Notes under the pieces: model-generated | What the model saw: the letters and a program-made list of their open reading frames with translations, nothing else | Databases searched by the model: none | What the model was told of the DNA's origin: nothing | Program-made: the position numbers and the translations under genes | Source: Planctomycetota bacterium | GTDB taxonomy: Bacteria; Planctomycetota; JAJSAM01; JAJVHW01 | Length of the DNA: 64,000 bases | Direction: 5' to 3' | NCBI GenBank assembly: GCA_965248445.1 | Contig: CBDFJG010000004.1 | Span: 1,568,001 to 1,632,000, forward strand | Shown here: piece by piece, positions 1 through 8,098 of the stretch | Position numbering within the stretch: the first letter of the stretch is position 1 | Layout: the number at the start of each line of letters is the position of its first letter

Positions 1-276
1 CGCGTGGTCGCCCTCTTCACCTATGCGCGGACCCAGGACGTGAGTCCGACGAACAACGCCGCCGAGCGCGCGGTCCGCAAAGCGGTGCTCTGGCGCAAGG
101 GCTCCTTCGGAAGCCAGTCCGCTCGCGGACTCCGCTTCGCCGAGCGCGTGTTGACCGCCGCGGCCACGCTGCGACGCCGTGGCGACCAAGTCTTCGACTT
201 CCTCGCCGACTCGGTCGCCGCGCACCTCACCGGCGCCGACCCGCCCGTCATGGTCCCGCTGCCCGTCGCACGCTGA
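1..276 (+). CDS. tnpC: IS66 family transposase, C-terminal part
   Basis: Motif PTNNAAERAVRKAVLWRKGSFGSQSARG typical of the IS66 DDE transposase C-terminus. Confidence 0.9.
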   Translation, partial: RVVALFTYARTQDVSPTNNAAERAVRKAVLWRKGSFGSQSARGLRFAERVLTAAATLRRRGDQVFDFLADSVAAHLTGADPPVMVPLPVAR

Positions 277-308
277 GGCTCACACGCTGTCAAGGGGTGA
301 ACGGTTAC
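1..308 (+). mobile_element. IS66-family insertion sequence, right end (runs off the left edge of the window)
   Basis: IS66 transposase C-terminus followed by ...GGGGTGAACGGTTAC at 294-308 (reverse complement GTAACCGTTCACCCC, the GTAA start typical of IS66 ends). Confidence 0.85.
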
Positions 309-309
309 C

Positions 310-750
310 AAGATCGAACCTCGCGAACGACGCACGTTGCTCGTTCATAGAATGGGGTTCCCGCATCCTCTCGAAGCGCACGTGGACCGCGAGGGTGTCG
401 GCGCGCGCCGCCGCGCGGAGTTCGAGGGTGGCATCGTGTTCGACGAGCGCATCACGCGCTGGGAGCCGGGTCGCGCGCTCGCGTTCACGATCGACATCGA
501 CGCGGAGTCCGTTCCCACGACGACTCTCGATCAGCACATCGTCGTGGGTGGCCGCTACTTCGACACGCTGACGGGCACGTTCGCGATCGAGGAACGCGGT
601 GACGGCGGCGTGGTCCTGCACCTGTCCAGCGAGCACCGTCTCTCGACTCACCTCAACGTCTATGCCGGTCTGTGGACGGACTTCATCATGGGCAGCATCC
701 AGGACGAGGTGCTGCACGTCGTTCGCGCCCGTGCCGAGGCCGCACGGTAG
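310..750 (+). pseudogene. C-terminal SRPBCC/polyketide-cyclase-like domain of a gene truncated by IS66
   Basis: Frame is open from the IS end (KIEPRERRTLLVHRMGFPHP..EGVGARRRAEFEGG..ERITRWEPGRALAF) with no room for an RBS or start of its own. Confidence 0.6.
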
Positions 751-761
751 CCTCGTATCCC

Positions 762-1559
762 ATGCGCGACGTCGACCACGAAGGGCCGGTCGTGCGGGTA
801 GAAGCCTGCACCGCGTCGCCGCCGTCGGTCGCGTGGCGCGCCTTCACGGATCCGGCGTGGCTCGCCGGGTGGTACGCGGACGAGGCGGCGGGGGACGTGC
901 GGTCCGGCGGAACCGTCAGTCTGACGTGGCGTGACTTCGACTACACAGCCGTCTACGTCGTCGAGCACATTCATCCCGTCACGAGGCTGACGCTTCGTGG
1001 CGAGCGCACGGGCCTCCCCGACGACCTCCTCGATGTCGAGTTCGCGGCCGCCGGCGACGGGACGATCGTCTCGCTCACGAACTCCGGTTTCCCGAACGAC
1101 GCGGCCGGCGAGACGATGGCGGCCGGATGCTCGTCGGGCTGGCGCATGGCGATGGGCTTGCTGCGCCGCTACCTCGCGCGGTACGCCGGGGCGGAACGCG
1201 CGACGGTCACCGTGATGGGTCCGGGCGACGTCCCGCCGGCGCTGTTCCGTGACGAGGCAGGACTCTCGTCGTGGCTGACGCGCGGCGGCGAGCTCGGGCC
1301 GGAAGGTACGCATGCCACTCTGCGCTTGCAGGGCGGCGACTCGCTGACCGGAGAAGTGCTCGTCCACACCGAGCGCGAGAGCCTCGTCGCATGGGACGAG
1401 ATGGACGGTGCGCTCGAACTCAAGACGTTCGCCTGGGGCGCCGGCGGACCCCGGGCGGCGCTGCGCGCAACTCTCTGGTACCCCGATGCCCGGCGGATCC
1501 GGGACGTGCGCGGGCTGCTCGAGTCCGCGGTGGCGCGACTCAGCGCCGTGCTGGAGTGA
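762..1559 (+). CDS. SRPBCC/AHSA1 domain protein
   Basis: ASPPSVAWRAFTDPAWLAGW...TIVSLTNSGF...SSGWRMAMGLLRRYL; ATG at 762. Confidence 0.8.
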   Translation: MRDVDHEGPVVRVEACTASPPSVAWRAFTDPAWLAGWYADEAAGDVRSGGTVSLTWRDFDYTAVYVVEHIHPVTRLTLRGERTGLPDDLLDVEFAAAGDGTIVSLTNSGFPNDAAGETMAAGCSSGWRMAMGLLRRYLARYAGAERATVTVMGPGDVPPALFRDEAGLSSWLTRGGELGPEGTHATLRLQGGDSLTGEVLVHTERESLVAWDEMDGALELKTFAWGAGGPRAALRATLWYPDARRIRDVRGLLESAVARLSAVLE

Positions 1560-1564
1560 CCGCG

Positions 1565-2701
1565 ATGCACCCAGCCCACCACGAGATCGAGTCGGAACCG
1601 GCGCTGCGCCGACACCTCGCAGCGGGCGACGGACTCGCCGGAGTGGTGATCCAGTCGCTCGACCTGCGGGCGGTCGATGCCACGCTGGCCGCTCAGTCTC
1701 TGACGAAGACCGTCTTCTTGGGCTGCACGTTGGGGCCGCACGCGGCCGCCCGGGCCGCCGACGACGGCGCGCTCGTGTTTCCACGCATCGGCCACGTTCC
1801 GTTCGACCCGTATCGCGGCGCGCTCTACACCGCGGAAGAACTGCTCGGCGGCTACGAGATCGGGGACCACGCGAGCTACGAGCGGACGCTCGACGGACAG
1901 GTGTTCGCGCACTTCGTGGCGACCGGTGGGAGCCGTGCGGAGAGCGTTCTCGAGACGCTGGCCCGCCGACTGCACGATCACGCGGTGACGGACGCGTTGC
2001 ATGAGTTCATTCGCGGGCGCGACGTCGTTGCCGTGATGGGCGGTCACTCCACGCTGCGCGCGAGCGCGCAATACGCGACGGTTGCAGCGCTCTCACGCAC
2101 GTTGACGCGTGACGGTTTCATCATGGCCAGCGGCGGCGGACCCGGCGCCATGGAGGCGACGCATCTCGGCGCCTATCTGGCCACGCGCGATGACCGCGCG
2201 CTGGACACTGCGATGGCGATCCTCGCCGAGGCAGCTCTCTACCATCCGATCGGACCGTGGCTCGACGCGACGTTCCGAGTGCTCGACGAGATCCCACGCG
2301 AGGATGGAGGCACAACCTCGCTCGGCATCCCCACCTGGACATACGGACACGAGCCGCCGTCAGCGTTTGCGTCGCATCTGGCGAAGTACTTCGCCAACAG
2401 CATCCGCGAGGACGGTCTGCTCGCCGTCGCGCGCTCCGGGGTGATCTTCACGCCCGGCAACGCCGGCACCGTGCAGGAGATCTTCCAGGACGCGGCGCAG
2501 AACCACTACAGGACGGCCGGAGGCGTGAGCCCGATGGTGTTCCTCGGCGTGGAGTACTGGACCCGCGAACGGCCGGTGATGCCGGTGATCGACGGGCTAG
2601 CGGGCGACCGTGAGTGGGGCCGGCACGTGCACTTCGTGGACGACGCGGACGAGGCAGTGCGCGTCCTGCACGAGTTCCGGGCCGCGGATCCCGCTATCTG
2701 A
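1565..2701 (+). CDS. LOG-family (Rossmann-fold) nucleotide-binding protein
   Basis: VMGGHS, SGGGPGAMEA, PTWTYGHEP and PGNAGTVQE (PGGxGTxxE variant) motifs. Confidence 0.85.
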   Translation: MHPAHHEIESEPALRRHLAAGDGLAGVVIQSLDLRAVDATLAAQSLTKTVFLGCTLGPHAAARAADDGALVFPRIGHVPFDPYRGALYTAEELLGGYEIGDHASYERTLDGQVFAHFVATGGSRAESVLETLARRLHDHAVTDALHEFIRGRDVVAVMGGHSTLRASAQYATVAALSRTLTRDGFIMASGGGPGAMEATHLGAYLATRDDRALDTAMAILAEAALYHPIGPWLDATFRVLDEIPREDGGTTSLGIPTWTYGHEPPSAFASHLAKYFANSIREDGLLAVARSGVIFTPGNAGTVQEIFQDAAQNHYRTAGGVSPMVFLGVEYWTRERPVMPVIDGLAGDREWGRHVHFVDDADEAVRVLHEFRAADPAI

Positions 2702-2710
2702 TCAGGCCCC

Positions 2711-3562
2711 CTACTCAATCAAGCCTGCGGGCACGCCGTCGGGGAACACGCGGGCAATGGTCTCTTCGAGTTCCTGGATTCGCGTTGCGGAACTCGGGTG
2801 GGTAGACATGAATTCGGGCTTGCGCGAGCCCTTGGACGCGGCGGCGAGCACTTCCATCACGCCGATCATGGCGCGCGGGTCGTATCCGGCGTTCGCCAGT
2901 AGCGCGACGCCCCACTCGTCGGATTCGAGTTCGTCGGTCCGGCCGTACTTCATGTTGATCAGGCCGCCGACCATCGCGGCCACGGCGGCACTGCCGCGGC
3001 TTGCGGAACTCTGCGGATCGTAAGTCGCGATGACGGCCGCGCCGGTGAGACCGGAAGTGAGTTTTTGCTTCGCCATCCTCTGTGCACCGTGACGCTCGAT
3101 GACGTGGCCGATCTCGTGTCCGATGACGCCGGCCAGTTCGCCCGGCGTCCGCAACTGGTCGAACAGCGCACGCGTCACGAAGACCTGGCCGCCGGGGAGA
3201 GCGAACGCGTTGACGGTTTGCGCATCGGCCAGAAGGTGGAACTCGAACGGGTATGGCCCCTGCCGCGCCGGACCCGCATTGACGAGATCCCGTCCGATGC
3301 GATCCACGTACGCCTGTGCGTCGCGGTCCCGATCCAGGCCGCCGTGCTGTTGCGCCATTTGCTGTGCCGCCTGCAGGCCCACCGCGATCTCCTGCTCGGC
3401 AGACATCGCGACGCGCTGGGACTCGCCCGTGATCGGGTTCTGCTGGGCGGTGTTGAGGTAGGACACGACCGAGATCAGCCCGATCACGAGTGCGATGATC
3501 AGTCGGGTGTTGCCGCGGCCGAGCGTCCGCGGGGTCCGTTTGCGCAGTGGACTGATCGACAT
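2711..3562 (-). CDS. M48 family zinc metalloprotease
   Basis: NAFALPGG, HEIGH, ELESD, FMSTHP; N-terminal TM helix. Confidence 0.92.
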   Translation of the reverse strand: MSISPLRKRTPRTLGRGNTRLIIALVIGLISVVSYLNTAQQNPITGESQRVAMSAEQEIAVGLQAAQQMAQQHGGLDRDRDAQAYVDRIGRDLVNAGPARQGPYPFEFHLLADAQTVNAFALPGGQVFVTRALFDQLRTPGELAGVIGHEIGHVIERHGAQRMAKQKLTSGLTGAAVIATYDPQSSASRGSAAVAAMVGGLINMKYGRTDELESDEWGVALLANAGYDPRAMIGVMEVLAAASKGSRKPEFMSTHPSSATRIQELEETIARVFPDGVPAGLIE

Positions 3563-3823
3563 GGAGGCCTCCTGTGGCGCGACGGGAGACCCGCGCGAGC
3601 GCCGCGCGATTATCGGGTCTCACCGTCCCGGGGCCCAGGCCCACACGAGCCCAGGTCGAGCCTGCGCGGCGGGCCGGGGAGACCCGGCTGTGTCCGGGCT
3701 TGACCCAGAGCCCACGTCTGGCCGATGAGGAGAAGCTCCCTTCCCGAGCCTGACGCAGGCTCTAGGGCGGCGGGGGCCCGCGGGCGTGCGGCCCGAGGAT
3801 GATGGCCGAGGAAGAGACGACAG

Positions 3824-4664
3824 ATGCTGCGACGCTTCCTCGGGCGAAGCCGTCTCTCGCGCACGTTCACGTTGGCCAACGTGGCGATCCTCTCCGTGCT
3901 GGCTCTCGCGATCACGCTCGTCGCCATGCAGACCCACGGCCGCGCGGGCGAGGTGCTCATGGAGCGCCAGTGGCGGCTCACCGGAGCCATGACCGCGGAC
4001 GCTCTCCAGGGCGTCGTGGCGGGCAACCCTGCCGAGACCACCGCGAGCGTCACGCGCCTGAGCAGGGAGCCGGAGATACGGAGCGTCGTCCTCTACCGCG
4101 CCGAGGAGTCGGGCGGACTCGTCCCGGCGTATGGCCAACTCGACGGTGGCACTGTTCGATGCGATGGCGGAGGAGTGCCTGCGGACTCGCCGTACCCTCT
4201 TCAGCGTCGACGAACACGAGACGCAGGGCGAGCGACTTGCGCACCTGGCGTTTCCGATGCGCTCGGGCGAGAAGCTGTGGGGAGTCGGCCGCTTGGACGT
4301 GTCCGCGGCGCACCTCGACGCGCTCAGTGGATCGCTGGCGGAACGTATCGGACTGATCTCGCTCGCATTCCTGCTGTTCGGCGTCGTCGCGGGCTCGGCC
4401 CTCGCGCGCTACATCGTTGGACCAGTGAAGCGCTTGACCGACGTCGCGATGCGCGTGTCCTCCGGCGACCTCGACGTCTCGGTCGGGTTGCACCGAGATG
4501 ACGAGGTTGGCGACCTCGGCAAATCGTTCGACGGGATGATCACGAGCCTCCGGACGGCCCGCGGAGACCTCGAGCGCGCGCGGAGCTTCGCCGAGGACGT
4601 GTACGCGTCCATGGTCGATGCTCTCGTGGTCGTCGAACCGGCTGCGGGCGACCGCAACTGGAAC
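3824..4664 (+). pseudogene. N-terminal part of a hybrid sensor kinase (TM, periplasmic domain, TM, HAMP, start of PAS); 1-nt frameshift near 4145; interrupted by IS1595
   Basis: TM1 lies in ORF 3824; TM2 and HAMP (GPVKRLTDVAMRVSSGDLD..DEVGDLGKSFDGM) lie in ORF 4131; reads to ...GDRNWN at the TSD. Confidence 0.8.
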
Positions 4665-4690
4665 CATGGGTATCGGGTTGACGACCGTAG

Positions 4691-4706
4691 CCACTAGATG
4701 TAGTGT
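4691..4706. promoter_or_regulatory. NrdR-box-like palindrome inside the left IS end
   Basis: CCACTAGATGTAGTGT resembles the NrdR consensus acaCwAtATaTwGtgt; ends 9 bp before the transposase GTG. Confidence 0.5.
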
Positions 4707-4715
4707 CTGTGCCCT

Positions 4716-5681
4716 GTGGCGCGCCCCGGCTACCCTGGCAGCATCCTGGAATTCACGCGCCAGTTCGCCACCGAGCAGCAGTGCTTGGACTACGTCGTGC
4801 GCTGCCGTTGGCCCGATGGGTTTCGCTGCCGACGTTGCGGCGGCGCGAAGTCGTGGCCGCGCCCCGACCGCAAGGGACTGCGCTGCGCGGCGTGTGATCT
4901 GATCACGTCGGTCACCGCCGGGACGGTCATGCACCACAGCCGGCTGCCGCTGCGCACGTGGTTGTGGGCCGCGTACATGGTGTCTACCGACAAGCGCGGC
5001 GTCTCAGCACTCGCGCTCCAGCGCCAGTTGGGGTTTGGCTGCTACGAGACAGCCTATCAGCTGCTGCAGAAACTGCGGACCGCGATGGTCGCTCCCGAGA
5101 GGCGCCCGCTCCACGGCGTCGTGGAGGTCGATGAGACATTGATCGGCGCGCCGTACCGCGGCCGCCCCGAACGCACGCCTTTGGACAAGGCCGTAGTCGT
5201 GGGAGCAGTCGAGGTGCGCCCGACGAAGAAGGGCGGTCTGCAGCCCGGCCGTGCGCGACTGCGGCACGTGGCCCGCGCGAAGAAAGAGAAACTGATCGGC
5301 TTCGTGAAGGATGTCGTCGAGCCGTCGTCGCTGGTGGTCACCGACGGCCACGAGACGTACGCAGTGCTCGAGGAAGCGGGCTATGAACACGGTGTGGAAT
5401 CAACATCGATCGGCGATGCGCAGGCCGACGTCCTGGGGCACCTCCACATGGTCTTCGCCAACCTGAAGACGTGGCTGTCGGGGACCCACCACGGTGGCGT
5501 ATCGAAGAAGCACCTGCAGCGCTACCTCGACGAGTTCGTCTTCCGCTTCAACCGTCGCAAGACGCCGCAGGCCGCGTTCCAGACCCTGCTCGGGATCGCC
5601 GCGAAGGCGCCTCCGCACGGCTACGGCGACGTCTACGCCGGAGAGCGCGTGCGAGGCCGGACGCCACACCACAAGATGTAG
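4716..5681 (+). CDS. IS1595 family transposase
   Basis: Zn ribbon (RWPDGFRCRRCG..CAAC), SVTAGTVMH, VEVDET, VVTDG, HLQRYLDEFVFRFNRR. Confidence 0.95.
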   Translation: MARPGYPGSILEFTRQFATEQQCLDYVVRCRWPDGFRCRRCGGAKSWPRPDRKGLRCAACDLITSVTAGTVMHHSRLPLRTWLWAAYMVSTDKRGVSALALQRQLGFGCYETAYQLLQKLRTAMVAPERRPLHGVVEVDETLIGAPYRGRPERTPLDKAVVVGAVEVRPTKKGGLQPGRARLRHVARAKKEKLIGFVKDVVEPSSLVVTDGHETYAVLEEAGYEHGVESTSIGDAQADVLGHLHMVFANLKTWLSGTHHGGVSKKHLQRYLDEFVFRFNRRKTPQAAFQTLLGIAAKAPPHGYGDVYAGERVRGRTPHHKM

Positions 5682-5684
5682 GGG
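5669..5684. promoter_or_regulatory. NrdR-box-like sequence inside the right IS end
   Basis: CCACAAGATGTAGGGG, at the same 26-bp offset from the terminus as the left copy. Confidence 0.45.
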
Positions 5685-5710
5685 GTACGGTCGTTATCCC
5701 GATACCCATG

Positions 5711-8073
5711 ACTGGAACGGCCCCCTGCGCATCCGGTCCGTGAACCGCGCCGCGTGCGAGCTCGTCGGCGTCGGAGAGGCCGACCTCGTCGGCATGGACC
5801 TCGAGTGCATCATCGGCCGCACCGACTTCCGCGAGCGCATTGCGGCGGCGGTGCGGAGCGGCACACCCATCAACGACCTCAAGACGGCCGCTCTCGGAAG
5901 CGACGGCACGACAACGCCGGTGAGCGTCACGGCGACCCAGCTGACGGGTCGCAACGTCGAGGACGTCGAGTGCGAGATCCACCTCGAGACGACGTGCGAC
6001 TGTGTCGCGCCGCCCGCCGCGATGGTGCTCGTGGCTCGAGATCTCACGGCAATCCGTCGCGCCGAGCGCACCCGCCGTGCGAGCTACGAAGTCGTCTCAG
6101 CGAGCCAGCACGCGCCGACGCTCGACTCCCTCTACGAGTCCGTGCACGGCGTTCTTGTCTCGATGATGACGATCGACCACTTCGCGATCGCGCTTCGCGA
6201 CCGCCACGACGGCCGACTTCTCGCCGCCTACAGCGACGATCCGCACGGCGAGGAGAACGAGGTCACCAGCGGGCTGGTCCCGCGCGCGATGACGCAGAAC
6301 GGGCCGACCCACCTCAGGCGGGGACAGATCGAGGAGCTGGTTGCCGACGGGGTTGTCGAGATGGATGGCGAGATCCCGGAGGAGTGGCTCGGCATCCCGC
6401 TCCGGGCGAATGACGAGACGATCGGCGTTCTGACTCTGGCGAGCGGGACGCCGGGCAGCGGATTCTCCGACGACGACGTCAAGCTGGCCGCGTTCATCTG
6501 CGATCAGGTTGCGCGCGCGATCGAGGGCCGTCGCGAGGCCGAGGAGCGCGCGCGTCTCTCGTCCGCCGTGGAGCACGCCGCGGACGCGATCGTCCTGACC
6601 GACGCAACGCGCGCGGTCGAGTACATGAACGTAGCGTTCCAGCGTCTGTCCGGCTGGAGCGAGGACGACGTCCGTGGAAAGGACCTCCTCGCGCTCGGCG
6701 CGACCAAGGAGGACGTGGCGGCCCGCCAGCAGATCTGGATGGTCGTCGAGCGCGAGGGCGCGTGGAGCGGGCGCATGCAGTCGCGCCGCAAGGACGGGTC
6801 GCTCTATGAGGCCGACGTCTCGATCTCCTGTGTTCGCGACGAGGACGGTCACGTCATCCACTACGTCTCCGTCGAGCACGACGTCACGAATGAGGTCGCG
6901 CTCGAAGCGCAGCTGCGCCAGGCACAGAAGATGGAGGCTGTCGGCAAGCTGGCCGGCGGTGTGGCGCACGACTTCAACAACCTCCTCTCCGTCATCAACG
7001 GCTACGCTTCGATCCTGCTGGGCTCCGCCGAACCGGACTCCCCGGAGCGCGACCACACGGAGGAGATCCTACGTGCCGGCGAACGCGCCGCGGGCTTGAC
7101 GCGCCAGCTACTGGCGTTCAGCCGCCGCCAGGTGCTGAAGCCGCGCATCCTCGAGCTCAATGCCGTGGTGCGTGACATGGAGAAGATGCTGCGCCGCCTG
7201 ATCGGCGAGGACGTCGACCTGCACACGGTGATGGACGAGTCCGTGGGCACGGTGGAGGCGGACCCGGGCCAGCTGGAACAGGTCGTCATGAACCTCGCGG
7301 TGAACGCGCGCGACGCCATGCTGCGTGGCGGGCGGCTCACCATCGAGACCGGCCAGCGCTACCTCGGCGAAGAGTACTGCGCGCACCACGCGGAACTCGA
7401 GCCCGGGCACTACGCGTTGCTCGCGATCACGGACTCCGGTCACGGCATGAGCGCATTGACGGCCGCTCGGATCTTCGAGCCGTTCTTCACGACGAAGGAG
7501 ACGGGCAAGGGCACGGGCCTCGGCCTCTCGACGGTCTACGGAATCGTCAAGCAGTCCGGCGGACACGTCTCGGTGTACAGCGAGGTGGGCCGCGGTACGT
7601 GCTTCCGGATCTACCTGCCGCGCGTCGGAGCCGTCGATGAAGAGCTCGCCGACGACACGGCGGACGAGCCTGCGGCGATGGGGCAGGAGACCGTGCTGGT
7701 CGCCGAGGACGAGGACGGCGTCCGCAAGCTCGCGGCTCTGCTGTTGAAGCGCCAGGGGTACAACGTGCTGCAGGCAGAGGACGGCGAGTCTGCGCTCCGA
7801 GTCGCCGCGCAGCACGACGGTCCGATCCACCTTCTGCTCACCGATGTGGTGATGCCGCGCATGAGCGGCCGCGAGTTGTGGGACGTACTCAGCACGGAAC
7901 GCGAGGAGACTCGCGTGCTCTACATGTCCGGCTACACCGATACGGCGATCGTGCACCACGGCGTCCTGGAACCGGGCACGCCGTTCATCGAGAAGCCGTT
8001 CGTGCCGGACGAGTTGCTGAGCGTGATCCGCGGCGTACTCGACGGCGAGCCCGCGACGCTCGGCACCGCCTGA
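5711..8073 (+). pseudogene. C-terminal part of the interrupted hybrid histidine kinase (PAS-GAF-PAS-HisKA-HATPase-REC)
   Basis: [56 protein letters not shown]; in frame with the upstream half once the IS and one TSD copy are removed. Confidence 0.9.
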
Positions 8074-8098
8074 TCGGCGCACCCGCTATCCTCGTTCC

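Larger units (their letters stand above)
4665..5710 (+). mobile_element. Complete IS1595-family insertion sequence (1046 bp)
   Basis: TIR CATGGGTATCGGGTTGACGACCGTA versus reverse complement of the right end CATGGGTATCGGGATAACGACCGTA (23/25); 8-bp TSD ACTGGAAC at 4657-4664 and 5711-5718. Confidence 0.95.

Noticed and set aside
3700..3735. GCCGATGA as a sigma-28-like -10 element upstream of the kinase
   Set aside because: No convincing -35 at the right spacing
5494..5710. 5' extension of the 859-aa kinase ORF overlapping the transposase
   Set aside because: It is an alternative frame of IS sequence; genuine kinase sequence resumes at the TSD (5711)
5708..5710. ATG at the IS right end as a new start for the kinase
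   Set aside because: Out of frame with the kinase (ATG ACT GGA versus CAT GAC TGG)
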